Source: a virus. From it: a stretch of DNA of 64,000 nucleotides. Below are positions 39,617-51,900 of the stretch, in pieces. The translations under genes and the position numbers were made by a program. The notes beneath the pieces were generated by a model. The model saw nothing but the letters and a program-made list of their open reading frames with translations. It had not been told where the DNA came from and did not search any database. The DNA lies in the IMG/VR virus record IMGVR_UViG_3300033143_001281, positions 16,271 to 80,270 of that record, one strand, 5' to 3'. Numbering within the stretch: position 1 is the first letter of the stretch; every line of letters begins with the position of its first letter.

Positions 39617-42600
39617 ATGGCAACATATATTAAAGGATCAGAATCTTTCTTACCGGATATTAAACCATTTACACCGGATTATAAATTTTTGTCTGCTGTT
39701 TTGCAAACAAGAACAGATAAGTATGATGCTAACTTTAAAGCAACTAATGATCTATATAATAAAGTTGTTTATGCAGATTTATCAAGAGAAGACACAAAAG
39801 AAAGAAGAGATCAATACGCAGACTTAATAAGTCCTCAGATAGAAAAAATATCTGGAATGGATTTATCTTTGGCACAAAATGCTGATGCAGCACGTAGTGT
39901 TTTTGCACCATTTTATGATGATGATTTAACTGTAAAAGATATTGTTTTTACATCTCAATATAGAGATGAAATGGCTTATGCGGATAGGTTAGCTGAGAGT
40001 TCAAATAAAGAAATGAATGAAAGATATTGGGAAACTGGTAGAAGAGGTTTACAATATAGAATGGATGATTTTATTAATGGATCTGCAGATCAAGCACTCC
40101 AAGCTAGTTTGCCTAAATACATAGAAGATGCTGATTTATATCAATTAGCTACAGATTATTTAGAATCTATGGAACCACCTTTGAGTGTTAAGATAGATCA
40201 TTATGGAGAAAATGCTGATGGTACAGCAAACACTGATTGGATTATTACTGAAAAAAATGGAAGATTGGTAACTGGTCAAGCACTACAAGCTGTACAAAAT
40301 GCATTACTAAATAATCCTAAAGTACAAGCTGCATATCAAGAAGATGCATTTGTAAAAAGTAGAGATTTTGCTGCTCAAGGTATGCAAGCAGGACAATTTT
40401 CTTCTGTAGAACAAGGTCAAAATGCTTGGGCAACTGAACAGATAAATATTATAAATAAACTTAATGATTCAGAAATAGAAGAAGCATCACAAAAGAATGA
40501 TCAAGCTCAAAGAGTAAATTTATATTGGCAAGACTATAAAAATAAAAATGGTATTATACCTGGTTCTGATATGGATGAAGCAATGAAAGAGCACGAAAGC
40601 ATTGCAGAAGCAACACAGAAAGCATTAGATGCTAAATTAAATATTAAACGTATAGGTGCAGCTCCTAAAAAAAGTATACAGGGTAATTTAAATAAAGCAT
40701 ACAATATGCTTATGAATTACAATATTGCTAGAGATATGAAAGCAGCTGCTGTAAATTATGGAGCCAGAGACCAAGAATACACAATGCGTGTTAATGAGAT
40801 TGCTTTATTTGAAAAGAAGAAAAAGTGGGATTTAGTAATGGAAAGAACTAGAGCTAGTAATAACATGGCTTTACAAAGACTTAAAAATAAAAATGCTAGA
40901 GACTTAGCAATTGAGAAAGGAGAAATAGTTGATAATTCTGGTAATCCAAATTCATTACAAAATAAATTAAAAAGAAGAGGTATAACTTTTAATGACCCTA
41001 ATACATTTACAGCAAAAACTGATAAAGATGGAGATGTTACTAGTAATGTAGATGTACCAGCTATGAATAGCGAAAGGTTTATTGAACTTGATAATAAAGT
41101 TTTTGAGCGTCAAGTAGATGCAATCCTAGATATGAAAAAAACTTTATACCCTGATGGTAATACACCAGCAAGAAATCAGACTTACAAGTTTGAGTACGAA
41201 GGTGCTATAATAGAAGGGACTGTAGAATCAATAAAGAAAAAGTTATTAGAAACAGTAAAAACTGAAGGAGATGAAGGTGGACCTACCGAATATGTTAATA
41301 GAGGTCTTGTAGCTTCTTTGTATGAAAAAGAAAGTGAATTATTTTTAAACAACCCAGAAGTAACAAAAAATATTAACCCTAATGCAACTGCTGATCCTAA
41401 TATACGTGGTCAATATGATGATCTTTATGATAGAATAGCGGGACCTAACAATAGCATTAATACTCAAATTGCTGGTTTACAAGCTGCTTATGGTAAAGTA
41501 AATGAATTAACTTTTAATGCTGGAGAACTTACTTATAAAGCATTACATGATATAAATAGTGGTTATGCTGGTGGATACAGCAAAGATGCATCAGATTTAC
41601 AAAAGGCAGGATGGCCATCAATTTTTGATGAGAATGGTGTATTGTTAAATAAAGATGAATATAGAAAACTAGTTGTAGCTGGCATTGAGAAAGGTGAGAT
41701 AACAAACCCAAATATATCTGGCTGGGATAGTGGCACTAACAACAAAGATTATAAAGCATTCCGTACTTATAGCAGAAGTGAAATGGATAATTTATATGGT
41801 TATGATCGTAATAATGCTTATGCTCAAGAAGTAAGAAAAAAGTATAGGAGTTTGATAGGTGGTGTTAATGAAGTACAAATGGCGGCTGTTAACAATGATC
41901 TAAATGCTTATTATGACATGCAGTACAATGCATTAAATAATGCTTTAACAGGTAAAAAAGGAAACATACCAACAGCATCTTTAAATACTGTGTTAGAAGG
42001 TGGTGATTATAATGTTGGAGATTTAATGATGAATCCAAGTTATAAATATTCTGTTAATCCATTAACTCCTAATATTGAAGCTGAAACAGAAGTTGGTAAC
42101 TTTTTGGATCAAATGGATCATTTAAATACTACAGGTAAAGGTTATGGTATTGTAGCAGGTGATATAGACGGATTAGATTCTGATGAATTATTATCTCAAC
42201 AAGCTGTTGCACAAAAAGTGCATAATTTATATATGGAAGATTTACAAAGTTGGTACAATAATCCAAAAAGATCTAATGCTGACAAGACTGCTCCAATAGC
42301 AACATATACTTATAATCCTGTTTATGGCAGGTCAGAAGATGGTAGAAAAACTACAGCAGCAGCTCAATGGTTATATAGCCCAGAGTGGTTAGCTTCTAAA
42401 GTTGTAGGTGGTAGTGATGTTAGCGACCAATATGGAGCATTAACAACAGATGATATTAAATTATTAAGTGATGCGGGTCAAAATGGAGAATCAGGAATTA
42501 CTATAATTTATGATCAAAAAGATGATATAAATCCAAATTCAAATGAGAATTTTTATGTTTCTAAAATAAATAGTGCAATTCTTCAAAATGGTAAAGGTTA

Positions 42601-42895
42601 TGCAGAATATTCATTACCAGATGGCATTGGTAATACTGTAGATTTTAGAGTAGTTAAAGATGGATCATTAGATTATAGATTAAATTATACTTTACAGACT
42701 TATGTCCCATACAATCCTACTACAGAAAGTGGTGGTAGTTATATAACAGAAACTCAAACTCAACCTATTGATATGTCCTATGGTATAAGAAAGCTTGATG
42801 AACAAGTATTTAATTTTTATGATTGGGCTAAGTCAAGAAGAGAAGAAAATAGATTGGCTCACAAAAGAGATCAAGAACAGTACGGAATAAAATAA
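39617..42895 (+). CDS. Large internal virion/ejection protein
   Basis: 1092 aa, helical, with an N-terminal PFTPDYKFL motif; immediately before the RNAP gene. Confidence 0.55.
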   Translation: MATYIKGSESFLPDIKPFTPDYKFLSAVLQTRTDKYDANFKATNDLYNKVVYADLSREDTKERRDQYADLISPQIEKISGMDLSLAQNADAARSVFAPFYDDDLTVKDIVFTSQYRDEMAYADRLAESSNKEMNERYWETGRRGLQYRMDDFINGSADQALQASLPKYIEDADLYQLATDYLESMEPPLSVKIDHYGENADGTANTDWIITEKNGRLVTGQALQAVQNALLNNPKVQAAYQEDAFVKSRDFAAQGMQAGQFSSVEQGQNAWATEQINIINKLNDSEIEEASQKNDQAQRVNLYWQDYKNKNGIIPGSDMDEAMKEHESIAEATQKALDAKLNIKRIGAAPKKSIQGNLNKAYNMLMNYNIARDMKAAAVNYGARDQEYTMRVNEIALFEKKKKWDLVMERTRASNNMALQRLKNKNARDLAIEKGEIVDNSGNPNSLQNKLKRRGITFNDPNTFTAKTDKDGDVTSNVDVPAMNSERFIELDNKVFERQVDAILDMKKTLYPDGNTPARNQTYKFEYEGAIIEGTVESIKKKLLETVKTEGDEGGPTEYVNRGLVASLYEKESELFLNNPEVTKNINPNATADPNIRGQYDDLYDRIAGPNNSINTQIAGLQAAYGKVNELTFNAGELTYKALHDINSGYAGGYSKDASDLQKAGWPSIFDENGVLLNKDEYRKLVVAGIEKGEITNPNISGWDSGTNNKDYKAFRTYSRSEMDNLYGYDRNNAYAQEVRKKYRSLIGGVNEVQMAAVNNDLNAYYDMQYNALNNALTGKKGNIPTASLNTVLEGGDYNVGDLMMNPSYKYSVNPLTPNIEAETEVGNFLDQMDHLNTTGKGYGIVAGDIDGLDSDELLSQQAVAQKVHNLYMEDLQSWYNNPKRSNADKTAPIATYTYNPVYGRSEDGRKTTAAAQWLYSPEWLASKVVGGSDVSDQYGALTTDDIKLLSDAGQNGESGITIIYDQKDDINPNSNENFYVSKINSAILQNGKGYAEYSLPDGIGNTVDFRVVKDGSLDYRLNYTLQTYVPYNPTTESGGSYITETQTQPIDMSYGIRKLDEQVFNFYDWAKSRREENRLAHKRDQEQYGIK

Positions 42896-42902
42896 AATAT
42901 AA

Positions 42903-45900
42903 ATGGAGGATCAGTCTAACAAACCTTTAGCAAACACCATAGCTAATAATCAAAGAACTTCTAGTGTTATTCCACCAGGAGAATTTAATTTTATACCTAT
43001 AGAGGAAATGTTTGAAACACCAGAAACAGATCTGGCAAACGTTATTGCAACAGATCCTGGTGCTATAGCTCAAGTAGATAGGTATAAAGCAGACATAGAT
43101 AAATATGGTATACCTGCAATGGCAAGTTTAGGTACGGTTAGTCCATCTTTAGCAACAGGTAAATATAATCCAGTTGCTCAACAAAATCCCTCACAAGCTG
43201 CTTATCAAGAAGTTAAAAATATATTAACTGCTAAAAAAGACGGTCCCGGTGGTCAACGTGTTGCACCCAGATATGCAAGTATTAGACAAAGCAATTTCTT
43301 AAGATACTATGAACATCCAGAATTTGCTGATTTAGGTTTTACACCATATGCAAATATGGAAGAGTTCTATAATGCTAATTCTACAATATGGGATGATATG
43401 AGTAGAATGAGTGGTCAATTTGCAAGTCTTGCTGGATCAGGTTTTAATAGTGTATATAGATCTTATGGTGATATGTTTGGTGACGGAAGTTATTTATCAC
43501 AACCAGATTTAGAATCAGCTTTTGAATTTGAAGATGCAATGGCCATTGGTAATTCTAGTAGAGGTGGTGCATTAGGTTTTACAAATAATCTTTTATTAAA
43601 TAGTGCATATACATTTGGTATTATTGGATCTATTGCAGTAGAAGAATTAATATTAGCAGGTGCTGCAGCAGCACAAGGTTTTCTTAATCCAGCATCTGAT
43701 GCATTATTAGCAAGTAGATCAGTTGCAAACGTCAAACGTGCAGGTGATGCTATTAGTGGTTTATTTGATATGAAAAAAATGGCAGATGCTACACGTAATG
43801 CAATGAAAACATTAAGTGAGATAGATACTGCTAGAGATTTTTGGGCTGCAACACAAGGTACAAGAAAAGTTTTAGGTCAAGCCTTTACACCTAATACAAT
43901 GTATGCTTTAAAGAATTTTAAGAGTACAAAAAATGCAACTCAAAATGCTGTTAACTTAGCAAAAATGAAAGCTGGTTTTGGTGGCTTTTATAGAGATTTT
44001 AGAGCTGTCAATTTAGCTTTAGCTGAAAGTAAACTAGAAGGTGGTATGGTTTACAATGAGCTTATAAGAGAAGGTGTGAATATGGCACAAGCCAAAAGTG
44101 GTGTAACTGTAACTCCTGAAGAATTTGCTAGTATACAATCAAAAGCATCAGAGGGTGCGTTTTATACAACTATGGCAAATGCACCTATTATATATGCCAG
44201 TAACTGGTTTGTTTTAGGAAATGCCATGGGCGGATTCAATAGAAGCCTGGGTAGAGTTTTTGGAGAAACTTTTGAAAAAGGATTGAATGGTAGACTTTTT
44301 AAAGGTAAAGGAGTAAAAGATGCAGCAACGGGAAAAGTAAAAAATGTTTTTAAAGATGCTGGTACAGGTCTAGGAGGCTGGTGGACAAAAGTCAGAGCGG
44401 GTGGAGTAAAGGGTAATACCGGCAGGGCATTAGCAGCTAGTGCTAGATATTTTGCTGCAAACATTGCAGAAGGTATACAAGAAGTTGCACAAGAAGCTGT
44501 TTCAGCAGGAACTAAAGGTTACTATACTGCCCTATTAGATGATCCGTTGGCAGGTGGTGTAGCATTAAGAAATCAATATATTGCTTCTGGAATGTCTAGC
44601 CAGTTTAGTGGTCAAGGAGCAGAAACTTTTTTATCTGGTTTTTTAATGGGTGGTATTGTACAAGGACCACAGAAATTATTTTTTCAAGGTATACCTGCTT
44701 TATATCAAAGAATAAGTGATCCTAAAGCTTATAAAGAGTATCAAGAAATTAAAGATAAGTATGTTAAAGATTTAGTCACTGTGCATAATGAAGCATGGAA
44801 CGCACAGGCTGATGATCCAGGATCAGTGTTTGATCCTCAAAAATTAAATTTCTTTTTTCAAAAACAGGCTGCTGCTGAAATGAAAAAGAATGTATTTAAT
44901 CAAGATAGATTTGGATTTCAAGATGAAAAAGATGGAGCTAAGTTTCATCAGATGTATACTATTTTTAGAACTGGCACATCAGAACTGTTTAAAAATCAAT
45001 TGAGAGATTATTTAAAAATGACTGATGCAGAATTAGCACAGGCGTTTCCATCTAGTAAAGCTGATGTAAAGAGTGGAAAGATAAGATCAAGATTAGAAAA
45101 ATTTATTACACAAATAGATAAGGCAGAAGCTGATTACATTAGAAGAAAAGATGATAATAAAAATCCTTTTGATCCAAGCCAGTTTAATAAAGAGACAGAA
45201 AAAAGACAGTATATACAAGAAGTTTTAAAAAGTCAAGCATGGGAGCATGCTAATTACTTGTATATGTTTACTGAAAATGGATTTCAACGTGCTCTAGAAA
45301 GAGCTAATAGTATATATACTGAATTAGCTAATGATCCTTTGTTTGATGGTATGGCTGCTAGTGATGTGACTGTATTATTAGATCCTGATTCTATAAGTAA
45401 TGAATTATTTTTACTATCAAAAGATATATTAGTTTTAGATGATTCAACAGAACAAGGTAAGAAAGATAAAAAAAGATTAGAAGGTAAATTAGAAAGACTA
45501 AAAGAGATTCAAAAAGTTTTATCTGATAAAAATCTACTTAACAATGATGGTACTTTTGATAAAAGAAAACTGGGTAGCAAACTTTTACCTGTGTTTGAAA
45601 AGTACATAAAGTATTTAGCAAATAGCAAAAATACATTTGCTGATAAGTCTAAAATAAAAGAAGCACTAAAAAAAATGATAGATTATGGTGCACTTAAAGG
45701 TAGAGCAAGAGTATATGATAAAGCAATTGAGTACTTAGCTAATCCAGAAAGATTTAATGAGATTGTTAATAGACAAATAGAAGTTAATAAAAATATATAT
45801 AGAAGTTTATCTTCTAATTTTGAAAAACAAATAAAAAAATATTTAAATGTTGCAGAGGCCAATGAGCTAATGAATCAACTTTTTAAAAGAGGTTATGTTG

Positions 45901-48900
45901 GTGATCCAGAAAATGTAAAAGGTTTTTTACAAACTGGAGATGTAAGATATTTAAATGCAATGACTTTTTACAACGAACAAGGTCAAATTGATAAAAAGGT
46001 TGATAAAGTTAAGTATGATGAAATACAAAGATTACTTGATGTCTATAGGAACAATCAAGAAAAAACTGAAGAGTCAGAACAATCTCCTAAAGAAGAAAAT
46101 CAAAAGGAGGATATTACACAGGCAAAAACAGCACAAGATCAAGTTTTAGATGATGCATCTATAGATGTTATATTACCTGAAACAAATAATACAAGAATGC
46201 TAAATGAGCTTTTAAAAAGACAGTATTCTAAGTATTCTGCTACACAAACAGTTTTAGGAGAAAACGTATTGACCTTTGAAGAGTGGAGAAATGCTGAGGG
46301 TGCAATATGGCAAAACACATTTAATGCTTTAAAAAAATTATGGGCATCTGGTAAACTACCAGTTTTAGATGCACAAGGTAATGCAGCTTACGTAAATGTA
46401 ACAGAAGATCAATTACTAAATGAACTAGGTTTTGATGCATGGTTAAAGTCTAGAGAAGTAAGAGAAAATGATTTAGTAAGTGAAATTTTACAATCAGCTA
46501 ATGTTTCTTTGGATGAAATAATTGCACCTACACAGAAACAAACAACTAAAGAAGATATAACTAAAGGAAAAAATAATGTTGATATATATAAAGAAGGTGC
46601 ACGTGTTAACGTTATTAAAGTTACAACTATAGATGAAAATGGAAAACCTGTTGCATTTTTTAAACTAGTAGATCCAAAGGGTAATGATTTATCAGCAGAC
46701 TTGCTTGGTTTGATAGATAGCAAATATGAAGGTACATATCCCACATCAAAAGAAGCTGTACAAGCACAAGAAGCTTTAGAAAAACAAGCACCCGATAATG
46801 CACCTTTTAAATTTGATAATGAAGAATTAAATCAAGGAATGCTTGTTTATAGAAATGGTAAGGAGTATGTTGTAATAAGTACACCTAGATCTATTTCAGG
46901 TGGTAAGTTGCGTTTAAGAATTAATGATGGAAGTAATAAGATAACAGTTATAAATAGGGGAGAGTTTGCCGGAAGATTTACTAAACAAGAAATCAAATAT
47001 GATTTTGATCCTACTAATGCAAGAGTAAATATTCAAAAAATAAATCAAATATATCCTCATGCTAATACTGTTGATGGTCAAAGAAATTATACTGAGGCTT
47101 CTAAAAGATTAGATTTGATATTACAAATCTTAGATGAAACAGATTTAAAAAATTTAAATTTAGTTATAGAAGCAGATCCGAAAGGTGGTGTAGATCAGGG
47201 TCAGTTTACTATGGAAGGTAAAAACCCAAATAAATATGTTAAAGTAAAAACATCTGCATATAGAATAGGTTTAGCAGCAGGAAGTCAAGAAACACAGAAA
47301 AGAATAAATGATGCATTGCTTAAGAATGGTATAAAACTTTCAGATAATCCAAATGGTATTTTTGCTTATATACCAAATGATGTATTTGAAATGATAGATG
47401 CAGAAGGAAATCCTGTAGAAAATCTTAGCACAATAACTCCTGATCTTGCTAATAGTACATTGTTTGTTAGCAAAGCACTTAGAGATAGTTTAACAAAACA
47501 AGAAATATTAAATTTAGCAAGAAGTAATTTTGCTCTTAATAAGTTAATTACTATTGAAGCAACAAATGCACTTGCTAAATCTGAAGGTGCAATAGCTTTT
47601 GTGCCTGTAGATAAATTAGATTTTAACTTTTCACTTTTAGTTTCTGGAGGTAATGTTGTTTATGATAATAGTTCAGTTAGATCTTTGTCTTCATTAAAAT
47701 ATCAACATGCTGATGAAAATGGCAACTATTTAATATATGATCTTAAAAAACTAAAAGGTGGTAAGGTAACAGAGAGCACTATTACTAATTTGGAAGGTAA
47801 AGAAGCTAGAGAACTAGAAGCTAAGGTTGAGGCTGGTCTTGAAGCGTCTGGACAAAATGGAATATTAGAAGCAGCTAGAGATAGATATATGGCTGCAGTT
47901 TTGTTACCTAATGGAGCATATAGATTAGTTCCTTTGAAAGCAGGTACTATGACAGCAGAAATGCGTGCTGAGTTAGCTGTAAAACTTATTGAGCGTGCAG
48001 AGTTAACAAAAAAAGAAAATTTAGACAAGAAGGGCAAAGAAAAAAGTTTATCATACAACTATAAATATAATGATAATCTAAGTGAAGGATTGTTTATTTC
48101 TACTATACCGGGTTATAAAATATCATTACAAGTAGATCCATGGGGAAAGATACAAATGCAGCTTTATGATAAAAATCTAGGTAAGCAAGTGGGTAAAACA
48201 ATTAGCGTTGAAGTTAAAGATATAGACTTGCTTAAACTTCAAGATGATCCTTCTCAAGCTGTAACACTAATGCAAGAGTTGGTTACCAAATTTAATAGTG
48301 ATGAAGATATTAAAGCAACCGAAGTAAAACTAACAAATAAAAATTTTAGAACAAGTTTTCCTGATGCAGCAACTGTTAATGATATAATTAATAAAACAAC
48401 TACTAATGTAGTAGGACAAGTCATAGATACTTTTCAAGCCCAAGTATTTTCTTCTTCGGATGTTATACAAGCAATGGTTGATTTAGAAATGACAACAGTA
48501 GCTTCTGAAAGTCAAACTGATCCTTTACTACAAGAGCAAGAAGAAATACAAGATGTTTTGTCTTTAGAGTCTTATAGTGAAGAAGAGTTTAAAGATTTAG
48601 AAAATAATGGTTTTGAAGATATATCAAGAAAACAATTAGAAGTAATAGTAGATAAACTCACACAACCTGTACCAGCAGCATTAACTGAAAGAGAGAAAGA
48701 AGTCTATTCTTATAGGTCTGATATGATTGATTCAATGGAAGCAATCAAAAGAGAAAAAGAAAATCTTAATCAGGATAGCTCAGACCAGCCTATTAAATCT
48801 AGCACGGATGGAAGAAGTGCTGGTGTAAAACAAATAATATCTATCTATGTTGGAGGACAATTATTTTTTAATATAAATGCTTCAGGCTTTGAAATAGCAG

Positions 48901-51900
48901 AAGCTTTTAGTGCTAATGGGGTAACGTTACAGGAAGCTAAAGCCGCAATACCTGGTTTAGATGGAAAATTGAAAGCTTGGTTTCAAAGAGGTATTGATTA
49001 TTTAGAAGGTGATATCAGTGAGCTTGAAAGTCTAAAACAAAAACTTGAAGCACTAAAATCTGAATTAGTAAAAGATATATCTCCAAAAAATAGACGTAAA
49101 GTTCTTAGAGAAAATGAAGAATATCAAAAACTTTTAAAACAAGTTAAAGATATTGAACAAAAAGGTGCTAACAAGATACTTTCACCAGAGCAGTTATCTC
49201 AATCTGATGAAACAGATATCAATGTATTTACTAAATGGGCAGAAGAAAATCTACCAAGTTATATCAATATAGCTGATATAAATACTCTTGGTAACAACAT
49301 GAAAGCTGGTGGTGTACGTGTTGGTGCTTTTGTTTTAGCACTAGATCAACTAGCATCTGGACTAAACCTACAAGGTACAATATATACATCAGCTACTAGT
49401 CCTTATAAATATCATGAAGCTTTTCATGGTGTGTTTAGAATGTTATTAACTGATGTAGAAATTAATCAGTATATAAATATTGCTAGAAAAGAGGTGAGAG
49501 CAAAACTTAGATCTGAGGGTAAAAGTTTTGAAGCTGAACTAAAGAAATTTAGAAATTCTGCTAATACATATACTAATATGTCAGAATCAGAATTAATAAG
49601 AGAATATTATGAAGAGTATTTAGCTGATGAGTTTGAAAAATTTAAGACAGATCCAACTAATACTAAAACAGATTCTTCAGTTAAGTCTTTATTTACTAGA
49701 ATATTGGACTGGATTAAATCTATATTTAGTGTTAAATCACAGAATGAACTTCAAACATTATTTCAAAATATTGATTCTGGTAAATTTAGAAATGCTGAAA
49801 TTCAAAGAAATCAATTTACTATTTACCCGGAAAACGGGTATATATTAGAAGCAAATGCTATTATACCTTATGCATCAGAGCAAGTAGATAATAAGGTTGG
49901 GTATATTTATTTAGACAGTGATATAGCAGATCCTATGTTACGAAACATAAGTGCTATGTATTTATCTAGAACTTCTGAGCTTAAAGAAGCATATAATCCC
50001 GGAAAAGTTTTAGATGAGTTAATAGATGATTTTGCATGGTTATATAGTCCAGAAAATCCTATAAATGCAGAAAGAAGTGAAATGCAGTTAGATAAGCTTA
50101 GACAAATTGAAAACGCTTTTGATAATTACTCACAGGAAATAAAGGATCAAGTTGTTAAGTTTTTAACTAGTATTAGTGATAATGTATCTGGAGAAAATCT
50201 TGACGCAGCAGAATTTGAAGACTCAAAAGAGTTAAGAAAAACAACAGAGTATGACAAAGATGCTTCTATGATAGGAGGATTTAGATCTTTAAGTTCTTCT
50301 ATAAGACAGTATATTGCTACAACAACATTAGAAGAAACGGATTACTTTGGGAATGTTGAACTTACAGATGGAGAACCATTAATTATAGCTGTTGATTTTA
50401 TTAATGCATACAATGGATTATTAAAAGCAGTCAAGAGTAAATCAGATCCAAAAGCTATATTACAAAGCATGTATTTCTTTGGTCAGGATAATGCTCATGC
50501 AGGTGCTGTTGTAAGAAGAATATTAAAGGATGTTGGTATAACTGAAGAGCAGTTGCTTTCAGAGAAAACTCTTCCAAAACAAATAGCTAATCCATTATTA
50601 TTTCAATCTATATTAAAAGGTTTTGAAAACTTTAGAGTAGATTATTTATTTAATGAGCGTGATGATAAGGGTAATGTTATTATATACTCTGCAGCTGAAA
50701 GAGATGATAGAAATTCTCAGTTGGATAATTGGAAACAAGCATATATATACAAAAGAAAACAACTTGTATCTAATAGAGATAGAAAAAGAAGATTGAATAT
50801 ATTATTAAAAGATATATCAGATGATATAAGAATAACTAATAAATCTATTACAAACAAAAAGCTCAAAGAAGATGCACAAAGATATTCTCAAGAGTTATTT
50901 GATTTAGTTGGTATAAAATTGAGCCCTTTATATTTACAATTTAATATGGTCTATAACAGATCTAAGTTAACTGTTAAACAAAAAGCATTATTAAATTTTG
51001 ATAAGGATGCCAACCCATTGACTGAAGATCTTGATGGTAAGGCTTATAAGGTTAATTCAATAGACATGCTTAATCTTTTAACTAAAGCTGATAGTGATAT
51101 ATTTGAGAGAGGTGATGAAGGTATGGATAGTAGGTTAAAAGCAATGGCTATTGGTAATAGCTCTTTTGATGAGACTGTTGGTGCAACTGTATTTAAAAAC
51201 CCAAATGGCGATTTAGTATATGCACATCAGATGCCTACATATCACTTGAGAAAAGTTGCTGAACTTAATGATCCAAGTAAGTTAGAAGCTCTTATTACTT
51301 CTGATCCTTATTTGGCTAATAACTTTTTGTTAAACAGCAGCGCTTTTAAAAATTTATCAAAAGAACGCAAACTAAAAGTATTAAGAATTGCAGGTACTAA
51401 AATTTCTGATTTAATAAAAGCAAATCAAGAACAAGATGAAAGTTTAGGTAAGACTAAAGATAGTTCATCTTATGGTGATTATACACCACAAGAGTTTACT
51501 CTTAATCTAATTAATAATTATACAGCTTTATTAAATAATAGAAGTTACAAGGTTACTTCTGTTGATTCATTAGATAAAAATGGTAATGAGGTATTAACAG
51601 CATTAGCTCCAGTTTTAATTAGAGTTATGGAAGCATCTAATACAGGAGATATGATAAATCTACCTGTTATTAAGACAGTTGATTTTAATGGTAAAGAATC
51701 TAAAATAACTGAAGAGGTTGTAGATATTTACATTGATCAAATAAGATCTGAGTTTCAAAGGATTGTTAGAGAAAGCAATGAAAAAACTAAGACAAAAGAA
51801 CTTATAGAAGGTTATAATACACCGGGTGGTAGAGCATTTCAGTTTTTTAATAGTGGTTTGTTAATTGGATCACCAGCTTTAAAAAAGCAATTGGTTGAAG

